Shown here piece by piece: positions 17,695 to 26,100 of a stretch of 26,100 bases of DNA. Source of the DNA: Microcystaceae cyanobacterium (lineage in GTDB: Bacteria > Cyanobacteriota > Cyanobacteriia > Cyanobacteriales > Microcystaceae); NCBI GenBank assembly GCA_041746575.1, contig JBGTGT010000001.1, forward strand, positions 1 through 26,100, given 5' to 3'. The position numbers and the translations under genes are program-made. The first letter of the stretch is position 1, and each line of letters opens with the position of its first letter. The notes below the pieces were generated by a model that ran no database searches, was not told where the DNA came from, and saw only the letters and a list, made by a program, of their open reading frames with translations.

Positions 17695-20600
17695 ATGAAA
17701 ACCTCTTCTCGCCCCCCTATTACCTCGTCATCCCCATTGATCATGATACCTTCTTCAGTGGCGATGTCCCACCCTCAATCTCATCCGAACTCGCCCCAGA
17801 GAAATGTTTTAGCTTGGTTATCGAATTTATCCATTAGAGATCGAACGTTGCTGATTCCCGTATTGATCTTTTTATCCTCTTTGGGAATTTTAGGGATTGG
17901 ACAAACGGCACTGAATCGAAGCTTACGGGAGCAATTAAAAAGTCAAACCCAATCTCAATTAGCGGTTACCCAAATTAACTATCAAAAAGACATTGAGGTA
18001 ATGAAGGCGAGCTTTATGAGTTTGTCAGAAAACCCGTTAATAATTGAAAAAGTCACGAATTATGTTAACGGTCAAGCTTTATCGGCTGAAGAGGTGCAAC
18101 AGTTAAAGGTTATGTTGCAAAGCATGGGCAATTTAGATTATGCGGTTTTGGTGGGTAAAAATAAACAGGTGTTAGCGGAGGCGCACAATCGTCTTCAAAT
18201 CGGGAGTCAATTCGATCCCAATGGACTAGTTTCTCAAACATTACAAGTAAAAACCCAGAAAGAAAGTAGTGAAACCCTAAAAAAACAAGATAAAAACACC
18301 CTTATTCGTTATACCGCCACGCCAATTAAACGCCCTCGAACTCAGACTGTCATCGGTGTCTTAGTATCGGGTAAAATTGTTGATTCCAGTATTGTCCGAA
18401 ATACCTTAAATACTTTCGGCAATCAAGGCTATGCAGGAATTTATCTTTATCAAGAAAAGGGAGAGAATCCCCTAGTAACGTCAGTTAATATCGACCAAAC
18501 TCGGAAAGAACAGCAGGATTTGCCCCTAGAAGATACCAATATTCTTAAAGAAGCAATTAAAGCTAGAGGAAATACCGTTTTTGATCGCCAAACCCTAGAC
18601 AATCGAACGTATACCTTAGCGAGTAAGAGCTTTACAAATTATCAAGGAGAACCGGTCGGTATATTTGTCTATGGTGACCCAGAAATTGCTTTAAATAAGA
18701 TTATTGAGGATAGTTTAAAGTGGCCGCTGATTCTCTCTTTAGCAGGTTTAGCAACCGTCGGCGGTTTATCGGCAATTATTGGTTATTCGATCGCCAATCC
18801 CTTAAAACGTTTACAAAAAGTGACCCAAGCATTTGCTCAGGGCAATTATAATGTGCGTTCTCCTATCCATTCTCATGATGAAATTGGTGAATTGTCTCAC
18901 TATTTTAATAAAATGGCTGATAATATTGCCAAAAATGACCGTCTGATTCGACAAGAAACGGAAATGTTTCGCTTTTTATCTCAAACCACCTCACCAGAGA
19001 ACTTAAAGCCTGAAACTTTGAATGAGTTATTTGAGCGTAGTGTACAAGAATCCCGACGTTTACTGGATATTGAGAACGTTTCGATTATAGAGGCGACTGG
19101 TCGCATCATTGCCAGTGATTCTTCGAACCAAAACCTTAATAACCTGCAAAAAGCACTTGAAACCGACTTAATCTTACAACTGCCGATTATCAATCAAGGG
19201 GAATTATTCGGCTATTTAATCGCTGAACAAGGAGAAAACAATCGAGAATGGCAAGAAACCGATGTAAGCTTCCTCGGACAACTGGTCATCCAATTAGAAA
19301 TTACCCTAGATCGGCTCAGTTTACGGCGACAACGGAACTTAGATGCCCGTTTATCCCTAATGCTAAAGGAAATTACTTTAAAAATTGCCAAAGCCTTCAG
19401 TGTGGAAACGCTGTTTGACGTGGTGGTAGAAAATACTCGACTGGCGTTAGATTGCGATCGCATTATTGTCTATGCTTTTGATGAAACATGGCAAGGAACG
19501 ATTGTGGCAGAAGGGTTAAATTCGGTGTTTCCTCCAGCTTTAGGGGCGCAAATTAAAGATCCTTGCTTTGCAAAGCAGTATGTTGATCAATATCGTCAAG
19601 GACGGGTCAAAGCCCTCAATGATATCAGTATAGCGGGATTAACCGATTGTCATCTTAATCAACTCGCTCCCTTTGCGGTGAAAGCCAATCTTGTCGCTCC
19701 GATTTTGGTAGCCGGTGAATTATTCGGACTTTTGATTGCTCACCATTGTAAAGCCCCCCATGCTTGGCAACAGCCCGAAATTGACTTTTTTACCCAAGTT
19801 GCTCTACAGGTTGGGGTCGCTTTAGAACGGGCGAATTTACTGGATCAGCAAACTTCAGCAGAAGAAGAACAACGTAAAGCGAAAGAATTACTGCAAAGGC
19901 GCGCCCTTGACCTTTTAATGGAGGTTGATCCCGTTAATAAAGGCGATTTAACGGTTTGCGCCCATGTAACTGAGGATGAAATTGGCACCATTGCTGATTC
20001 TTATAATGCGACGATTGAAAACCTGCGTCGTCTCGTTGTTAGTGTGCAATCTGCGGCGGAACAATTATCTGAGACCACTCAAAGTAATGAAATGACTGTA
20101 CAAATCTTATCAGAAGACGCATTACAGCAAGTAAAACAAATTTCTGGCTCATTAGAACAAGTCAATTATCTGATGGAATCTATTCAAGGTGTAACCCTAA
20201 ATGCGCAACAAGCGTTACAAGTCGTACAAGCTTCCACTCAAACGATTATGACTGGGGAAGCCGCCATGACAGAAACCGTCTCGGGAATGTTGACGATTCG
20301 GAATACAGTGACAGAAACCATGAAAAAAATTAAACATTTAGGAGAATCTTCGCAAAAAATATCGAAAGTAGTTAACTTAATTGGTCGTTTTGCCGCTCAA
20401 ACTCATTTACTTGCCTTGAAAGCGTCTATTGAAGCGGCGCGGGCAGGAGAAGACGGTCGCGGTTTTGCAGTAATTGCCAATGAAGTCCGAACCTTAGCCT
20501 CCCAATCTGCCCAAGCAACAGCAGAAATTGAAAGCTTAGTGACGAGTATTCAAGCAGAAACCAAAGAAGTAGCGGCAACAATGGCAAGTGGCACAAATCA

Positions 20601-20877
20601 GGTTATTATGGGCGGTCAACTTGTCGAAAAAACCCGACATAATTTACAGGAAATTGTGATGGCGAGTTCTCAAATTCAGGATTTAGTCAAGGCGATCACC
20701 GTTGCAACAACAGAGCAATCTCAAGCCAGCGAATCTGTCACGCAAGTCATGACTGAAGTGGTTCAAAGTGCCGCAAAATCCGCTCAATCTGCAACTTCTG
20801 TGGTGCAATCTTTCGATAAACTATTAATGCTTTCTAAAAAGCTACAACAGAACGTCGGCCAATTCAAAGTTCAGTAA
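17695..20877 (+). CDS. pixJ2: Second methyl-accepting receptor: TM-Cache-like-TM-HAMP-truncated GAF-GAF(DXCF)-MA, PixJ2-like
   Basis: Two TMs; HAMP (PLKRLQKVTQAFAQGNY...DEIGELS); GAF with DPCF (C624) and CH (C652); variant tip QTHLLALKASIEAARAGEDGRGF. Start could be 17695, 17743 or 17764. Confidence 0.8.
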   Translation: MKTSSRPPITSSSPLIMIPSSVAMSHPQSHPNSPQRNVLAWLSNLSIRDRTLLIPVLIFLSSLGILGIGQTALNRSLREQLKSQTQSQLAVTQINYQKDIEVMKASFMSLSENPLIIEKVTNYVNGQALSAEEVQQLKVMLQSMGNLDYAVLVGKNKQVLAEAHNRLQIGSQFDPNGLVSQTLQVKTQKESSETLKKQDKNTLIRYTATPIKRPRTQTVIGVLVSGKIVDSSIVRNTLNTFGNQGYAGIYLYQEKGENPLVTSVNIDQTRKEQQDLPLEDTNILKEAIKARGNTVFDRQTLDNRTYTLASKSFTNYQGEPVGIFVYGDPEIALNKIIEDSLKWPLILSLAGLATVGGLSAIIGYSIANPLKRLQKVTQAFAQGNYNVRSPIHSHDEIGELSHYFNKMADNIAKNDRLIRQETEMFRFLSQTTSPENLKPETLNELFERSVQESRRLLDIENVSIIEATGRIIASDSSNQNLNNLQKALETDLILQLPIINQGELFGYLIAEQGENNREWQETDVSFLGQLVIQLEITLDRLSLRRQRNLDARLSLMLKEITLKIAKAFSVETLFDVVVENTRLALDCDRIIVYAFDETWQGTIVAEGLNSVFPPALGAQIKDPCFAKQYVDQYRQGRVKALNDISIAGLTDCHLNQLAPFAVKANLVAPILVAGELFGLLIAHHCKAPHAWQQPEIDFFTQVALQVGVALERANLLDQQTSAEEEQRKAKELLQRRALDLLMEVDPVNKGDLTVCAHVTEDEIGTIADSYNATIENLRRLVVSVQSAAEQLSETTQSNEMTVQILSEDALQQVKQISGSLEQVNYLMESIQGVTLNAQQALQVVQASTQTIMTGEAAMTETVSGMLTIRNTVTETMKKIKHLGESSQKISKVVNLIGRFAAQTHLLALKASIEAARAGEDGRGFAVIANEVRTLASQSAQATAEIESLVTSIQAETKEVAATMASGTNQVIMGGQLVEKTRHNLQEIVMASSQIQDLVKAITVATTEQSQASESVTQVMTEVVQSAAKSAQSATSVVQSFDKLLMLSKKLQQNVGQFKVQ

Positions 20878-20938
20878 TAAAGTCTGAGATTAAATCCTCG
20901 AACCTCCCCTTACGATTCCCTATTCTTCTTTTTGACCT

Positions 20939-23900
20939 ATGTTAAACCCTGAAATTCGAGATCGAGCCTATCAGTTTTTTATTGAAGAAGCCCCCGAATT
21001 ACTGCAAATTATCGAAACGGGGTTACTCACATTGCGAGAAGAACGCAGTAAACAAAAAGTACATGAAATTATGAGAGCGGCACACTCCATTAAGGGAGGG
21101 GCGGCTAGTGTAGAATTGGATACGATTAAGACCCTTGCCCACCGCTTAGAGGACATTGTTAAAGCTCTCTATGATGAATCAGTGGAAATTGACACTGAAT
21201 TTGAGAGTCTTCTCTTACAGGGATATGATTGCTTGAGAAATCCCCTTGAGACACAAATTAACACAGGATCTTATGATGGAAAAGCGGCGATCGCCACGGC
21301 TGAACCGATTTGGCAAAAAATCGAAGCCCATTTAGGGGATAGTTTAGCGCAAGCAGACCAATATATCCCATCTTCGGCAGATTTAGGGGTGGATATTGTT
21401 TCTTCTCTCTTCGAGGTGGACGTTACTCAAGGATTAGAACAACTAGCAATGGTAGCCACCCATTCCGATAATTACGACGTGATCACCGAGTTACGCACTC
21501 AGATGGAAGTCTTTAGCGGGTTTTCAGAAATGTTGGGTTTACCTGGATTTGGCGAAATTACACAAGCAACTTTAAAGGCGTTGGATGTTAGTCCCGATCA
21601 AGCTCCTTATATCTTACAATTAGCTTTAGTTGACCTGATTCAAGCCAGAGAACAGATATTAGAAAAAGGCGATCGCACAACAGGAGGGAAACCGTCGGCG
21701 GCTTTACTGGCTTTTGCTTCCACTGGATTAACGAATGAAGTGACGGTCGAAGAAACATGGAACGATACCAATGTTTTATCATTCGATAATTTATTTGAAG
21801 AAAACGTTGAACTTTTAGAAGATTCGGGTTGGCGAGAGATCGATACCTTAAGTTCCAACCAATTATCAGCAAGTGTTAATCGAATTGAAGAAAACAATAA
21901 TTCGGTTGACTCTTTTACTCCAGAAGAATCTCAAGAATTTATAGAACTCAATGAACAATTGGTAATCAATTTAGAAGAATCCTCTGCCACTACAGATATT
22001 GATAATCTTGAAGATATTTTTAGTCAAATTCCTGATCATAATTTAGAAGATATTTTTGGACAGATTTCGGACTTAGATCAGCGTAATGATTTCGCAATTT
22101 CTGATTCTGGATTTATGTCAGAGTTAACAGAAGAAAAGACCGACGATGTTGAAAGCTTAATCAATTCAGAAACGAATATTGAAGATATTTTTGCTCAATT
22201 ACCCAGTCAATTTACAGAGAAAGTAGAAACGTCCAATTCTGAATTGATGACAGAATTAACTGAAGCGGAAAGAGAAGAATTTGTTACCTCTGAAATGTCA
22301 GCTTCTTTGGCAGAAGTCTCCAGTCAATTCCCCCTAGAAAGTATTTCTTTAAATTCGGTTGCTCAACCGATAGAGCCTTTGGATTTGGCTCACGATAAAT
22401 CTGAAGCAACGAAACCCTTAACGTCAACTACTGATACCCCTTCTTTAGATGAAATCTTTGGTACATTAAATGATGCTTTAAACCTAGAGAATATCGAAAA
22501 AACACCCATTTTTGTGCCAGTAGAAAACGAGCTAGATTATCCCCTTGGTATAGAACCCGATTTGACAGAACTCATCAAAACAGAAACGGTCGTTAATGAT
22601 GATCCATTCATTCAAGAAGTGGAAAATATTTTTGATACACTTCCCCCTATTACTGAAGAAAAATATCAGCTATCTGTTCCTTCTAAAACATTTTCTGATC
22701 CTCCTGTTGAACCGCTTCATACCGTTTATAAATCTACCGCTTTTGTATCTTCAAAAAGCGTTAATCCATCTAAAACGACCCAACATAAAGATAATCAATC
22801 TAACTCAAAAATGATTCAGTCTGAGGGAGGAGCATTATCCATTAAAGTAGATTTTAATCGTCTCGAACGGATGAATAACTTAGTCGGCGAATTAGCCATT
22901 AATCGGAATAGCTTATCACTCCAAAACGAGCAAATGCAAGGGTCAGTGCGATCATTACTGGATCGCTTTAATCTGTTCCAAAATATGACTCGTAAATTGC
23001 AGGAATTATCGGATCAAATGTTGATTGCGCCGGAAAAACAAGATTCTTCTCAGGTAAATTTAACGGGTAAATCAGAACTGTTTCTTTTGAATACGGATTT
23101 TGATTCTTTGGAGATGGATACTTATAGTAATCTTTATGCTTTATTACAGAATTTACTAGAAGAAATGATTCGCTTAGAAGAGTCGGTCGATGATGTTGTT
23201 TTGTTTGCTCGAACCTCAAATCAAGTCCTTGAACAACAGCGACAAATGCTGACAAATTTAAGGGATGAATTGATGTGGGCGAGAATGTTACCACTGGGGG
23301 AAGTTCTAAATCGTTTTCCTCGAATTTTACGAGATTTATCTGCTAACTATCATAAACCTGTCCGCCTCAAATTAACGGGAACAGGTGTTCTAGTTGATAA
23401 GGCCGCCTTGGAAAAACTGTATGATCCTTTATTGCATTTATTACGCAACGCCTTCGATCATGGCATAGAACCCTCCGAGGATCGCCAAAAAGCTGGAAAA
23501 TCGGAAGAAGGCCATATTGAAATTCAGGCTTATCATCAAGGGAATCAAACCATTATTGAAATTAATGACGATGGTAGAGGATTAAATTTAGAGAAAATCC
23601 GCGAAAAAGCGAGCCAATCTGGCATATTTACACCGCAACAGATAGCATTGTTTTCTAGCGAAAAAATTAAAGACTTGATCTTTGAACCCGGTTTTTCTAC
23701 AGCAGTCAGTGTAAGTGAATTATCGGGGCGAGGGGTAGGATTAGATGTGGTGCGATCGCAGCTACAATCCTTAAAGGGAACGGTCAGTGTTACCTCTAAA
23801 GAAGGAAAAGGGACAACATTCATGCTCAAATTACCGTTAACTTTAGCGATTGCTAAGCTGTTGGTGTGTTTTGTTTCTTATGACGATAATTGTGATGTTT

Positions 23901-24781
23901 CGGTTGCGTTTCCCTCGGATACTATCGAAGAAATTATTGTGCCTCAAGATGATCAAATTAAAGTCTCGAATCATCAACGTTTTCTTTGTTGGCAACGGCA
24001 AATCATGCCAATTTATCCAATGAAGGATTTATTAAAATATAATTGTCCTTTGCCGAGTCTTTCCCGTAAAGATTTTAATACCGTGCCTAACCCTGAAGAT
24101 TGGGGGCTTCCGTTATTAATTTTACGTCAAGGACAGCAATTATATGCGCTTGAAGTGAGCCGTCTCGTTACAGAACAAGAATTAGTCATTAAACCCTTTG
24201 GCAGTATGATTTCTGCACCCCTTTATACGTATGGCTGTACGATTTTAGGGGATGGCACCTTGATTCCTGTGGTGAATGGGACGACTTTAATTGAACAATA
24301 CCTCAATCCAAACCTGAATCGGGCAATTTCTATAAATTCTTTGGAAATTGAAGCAATTGCTCCCGTTTTTACGTCTTCTGTTCCTCAAACACCCTTAATT
24401 TTGGTGGTAGATGACTCGGCGGCTTTACGTCGCACCTTAGCGTTAACCTTAGAAAAGGCCGGTTATCGAGTCTTACAAGCGCGAGATGGACGGGATGCGC
24501 TGGATCAATTACAACGAACAGTCGGAATTGCTATGGTGATTTGTGACATAGAAATGCCGAATATGAATGGATTCGAGTTTTTAGGGCAACGTCGTCGTGA
24601 TCTCGCTTTAATGAAAATTCCGGTAGCGATGTTAACCTCTCGTAGTAGCGATAAACATCAGCAATTAGCCATGACATTAGGGGCAAGTGCTTATTTTACC
24701 AAGCCCTATATTGAACAGCAATTCCTAACATCTGTGGCCAATATTATCGAGGAATCTATTGCTGTTAGCCGTAAATCATGA
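20939..24781 (+). CDS. pixL: CheA-like hybrid histidine kinase (Hpt, acidic linker, dimerisation, HATPase, CheW, REC), PixL-like
   Basis: Hpt MRAAHSIKGGAASV; HLLRNAFDHGIE, DDGRGL, IFEPGFST and SGRGVGLDVV boxes; CheW-like domain; REC (VVDDS, ICDIEMPNMNGFEFL, MLTSRS, YFTKP). Confidence 0.92.
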   Translation: MLNPEIRDRAYQFFIEEAPELLQIIETGLLTLREERSKQKVHEIMRAAHSIKGGAASVELDTIKTLAHRLEDIVKALYDESVEIDTEFESLLLQGYDCLRNPLETQINTGSYDGKAAIATAEPIWQKIEAHLGDSLAQADQYIPSSADLGVDIVSSLFEVDVTQGLEQLAMVATHSDNYDVITELRTQMEVFSGFSEMLGLPGFGEITQATLKALDVSPDQAPYILQLALVDLIQAREQILEKGDRTTGGKPSAALLAFASTGLTNEVTVEETWNDTNVLSFDNLFEENVELLEDSGWREIDTLSSNQLSASVNRIEENNNSVDSFTPEESQEFIELNEQLVINLEESSATTDIDNLEDIFSQIPDHNLEDIFGQISDLDQRNDFAISDSGFMSELTEEKTDDVESLINSETNIEDIFAQLPSQFTEKVETSNSELMTELTEAEREEFVTSEMSASLAEVSSQFPLESISLNSVAQPIEPLDLAHDKSEATKPLTSTTDTPSLDEIFGTLNDALNLENIEKTPIFVPVENELDYPLGIEPDLTELIKTETVVNDDPFIQEVENIFDTLPPITEEKYQLSVPSKTFSDPPVEPLHTVYKSTAFVSSKSVNPSKTTQHKDNQSNSKMIQSEGGALSIKVDFNRLERMNNLVGELAINRNSLSLQNEQMQGSVRSLLDRFNLFQNMTRKLQELSDQMLIAPEKQDSSQVNLTGKSELFLLNTDFDSLEMDTYSNLYALLQNLLEEMIRLEESVDDVVLFARTSNQVLEQQRQMLTNLRDELMWARMLPLGEVLNRFPRILRDLSANYHKPVRLKLTGTGVLVDKAALEKLYDPLLHLLRNAFDHGIEPSEDRQKAGKSEEGHIEIQAYHQGNQTIIEINDDGRGLNLEKIREKASQSGIFTPQQIALFSSEKIKDLIFEPGFSTAVSVSELSGRGVGLDVVRSQLQSLKGTVSVTSKEGKGTTFMLKLPLTLAIAKLLVCFVSYDDNCDVSVAFPSDTIEEIIVPQDDQIKVSNHQRFLCWQRQIMPIYPMKDLLKYNCPLPSLSRKDFNTVPNPEDWGLPLLILRQGQQLYALEVSRLVTEQELVIKPFGSMISAPLYTYGCTILGDGTLIPVVNGTTLIEQYLNPNLNRAISINSLEIEAIAPVFTSSVPQTPLILVVDDSAALRRTLALTLEKAGYRVLQARDGRDALDQLQRTVGIAMVICDIEMPNMNGFEFLGQRRRDLALMKIPVAMLTSRSSDKHQQLAMTLGASAYFTKPYIEQQFLTSVANIIEESIAVSRKS

Positions 24782-24836
24782 TCCAGTAATCAGTAATATT
24801 TATTCTAGTTCCTAATTTTCTATTTCTATACTTAAG

Positions 24837-25346
24837 ATGCTTGACAATCCTTCTCTTTATGACTCAATGTTAGCTGACGTGGTGACGGCAGACAAGACCG
24901 TTAAACTGCTTATTTTTAAAGTGGGTAAGTTAACAGTAGCTTTATCTGTTGATTTTGTGCAAAAAATTCTCAAAAAAATGAAAATTTATGGTAGTGGCAC
25001 CACAGAAATGGGAATCGCCCATATTAATAATCAAGAGATCACGGTGATTGACTTACACAAACGCTTATTTAAAATAAGTCAACCGCTCAATCAACAGGCT
25101 AATTCTTTCTTGATTTTGGCCAAAAATACAATTGATGAAGTCTTTGGTATATTAGTAACAGAAACCCCAAGTTTAAGCGATTTACCTTTATCTCAAATCC
25201 GAGTTTTACCTGACTCTTACCGTCGAGGAGATACTTTGGAAATTGCAACCCATGTCACAAGAATTGAAGAAAAAGGAGAATTAGTGACAGTGTTTATTTT
25301 AGATGTTGATAAATTGATAGTCCCTACAAAACAGTGGAGGTTGTGA
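24837..25346 (+). CDS. cheW: Second CheW-like protein
   Basis: LLIFKVGKLTVAL...VQKIL...GIAHINNQEITVIDL...FGILV...FILDVDKL; last gene of the operon. The final ~9 codons appear IS-derived. Confidence 0.8.
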   Translation: MLDNPSLYDSMLADVVTADKTVKLLIFKVGKLTVALSVDFVQKILKKMKIYGSGTTEMGIAHINNQEITVIDLHKRLFKISQPLNQQANSFLILAKNTIDEVFGILVTETPSLSDLPLSQIRVLPDSYRRGDTLEIATHVTRIEEKGELVTVFILDVDKLIVPTKQWRL

Positions 25347-25930
25347 ATTGATAAGCTTTTTCGGGAATCGGAGCCAGAATCAAATCACGCCATGTCAGTT
25401 GAGTTGTAGTTAGTCCCATTTTCATTCCTGGGGTTTGATCTTAATAGCGTTTCTGGAATTTTTTGGGCGTTTCGTTGACTTCAATCCGAAGGCTTTTGTG
25501 AAATTGGCGGTAATTGTAGTTGAAATTATTAATCCACATCACCCATTTAAAATTCGTGCGATTTTTACAGTAGCCTAAAGTCTTTCGTTGAAGATAAGAG
25601 ACTCGTTGACGCAGAGTTAGGTTAAATCGCTCAATATAAGAAGTATTTTGGGTAAGATTTGGAAAATCCTCTTGTTTTCCTTTAACAACTCTTTGCTTAA
25701 CCTTAATTAATCGACGTTTGCGTCTTTGCTTAACAATTTGGAGATAGGCATAGAGCAATTGCCCGTTCATAAGCCGTCAATTGATCAGTGGTAATCAACA
25801 AAAACTCCGTAAATCCCCAAGGCATCAGGTAAACCAGGCTAGAGAGCAAACGATTAGCTGTCCATCTGGTGCGACTTCCTAATTCAAAATTGACCCAAAA
25901 CTTAGTTCGGACTTCTAAAGTGATGAAGAG
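25316..25930 (-). pseudogene. Decayed IS1-family transposase/element
   Basis: Minus strand reads LFITLEVRTKFW...GSRT...ITTDQLTAYERAIA, frameshifts near 25755 into YLQIVKQ...NTSYIERFNLTLRQRVSYLQRKTLGYCK...YNY, hits an in-frame TAA at 25441-25443, then continues DQTPGMKMGLT...TWRDLI...TVL* to 25324. Confidence 0.85.
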
Positions 25931-25964
25931 CTATAGCTTAGGTTAGCCGTCCCACTTCGCCTAA

Positions 25965-26100
25965 TGGGACTTAAACAAAAATCAAGCCCAAATAAAACCT
26001 AAACTGGCTTGGTAAGCCGCAAACACCTCCTGGTTGTGAGTCAGCCAATCAAAGAAACGGAAAGACATCGCTGTCCGAAAAGCCTCCAACGCCTCAGTAA
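25965..26100 (-). mobile_element. IS701-family element end (transposase C-terminus 26098..25982, truncated by window edge)
   Basis: Minus frame TEALEAFRTAMSFRFFDWLTHNQEVFAAYQASLGFIWA* resembles cyanobacterial IS701-family transposase C-termini as I recall them; followed by a terminal-repeat-like TTTTGTTTAAGTCCCA. Confidence 0.7.

Larger units (their letters stand above)
2500..23759. repeat. HIP1 octamer GCGATCGC, at least 14 dispersed copies
   Basis: Copies start at 2500, 3924, 5067, 5485, 8700, 9863, 11852, 15545, 16578, 16783, 19454, 21287, 21669 and 23752; well under one copy is expected by chance. None seen in the IS segments. Confidence 0.95.

Noticed and set aside
22001..22072. 36-bp repeat as a CRISPR array
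   Set aside because: Two adjacent imperfect in-frame copies inside cheA, with no spacers and no cas genes.
950..23829. Short ORFs overlapping or antisense to long genes (e.g. 950-1234, 4795-5025, 11236-11526, 13422-13724, 17057-17323, 22968-23294)
   Set aside because: They are shadow frames of well-supported genes with no motifs of their own.
25441..25770. 109-aa ORF as an intact gene
   Set aside because: It is the middle piece of a frameshifted, nonsense-interrupted IS1-family transposase.
1..26100. Whole window as a composite transposon or genomic island
   Set aside because: The flanking elements belong to different IS families, and the interior carries core genes with regular HIP1 sites. 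IS at both edges more likely reflects assembly breaks at repeats.

Overview
Cyanobacterial chromosomal DNA: at least 14 HIP1 GCGATCGC sites, and gene content typical of unicellular Chroococcales-like strains. Both ends are IS remnants: an IS630-family tail on the left, and a decayed IS1-family element plus an IS701-family tail on the right. The left 11 kb holds mixed housekeeping and unknown genes: glcD, an Ig-like/beta-propeller protein, a PstS-like protein, nfuA, a stand-alone DALR-domain protein, a twin HTH-like repeat protein coupled to an orphan OmpR regulator, a GT2, a Fur-box-preceded Asr1405-family/2Fe-2S pair and a J-domain protein. The right 14.4 kb is a complete Pix/Tax1-type phototaxis chemosensory operon (PatA, CheY, CheW, MCP, MCP, CheA-REC, CheW). 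The most notable observation is a stand-alone c-type heme (CxxCH) lipoprotein of the Tll0287/DUF3365 type between the two receptor genes. Both receptors have periplasmic Cache-like domains and an intact DXCF cyanobacteriochrome GAF, which suggests a combined light plus gas/redox taxis system. All family assignments come from motif recognition by eye; no database searches were run.
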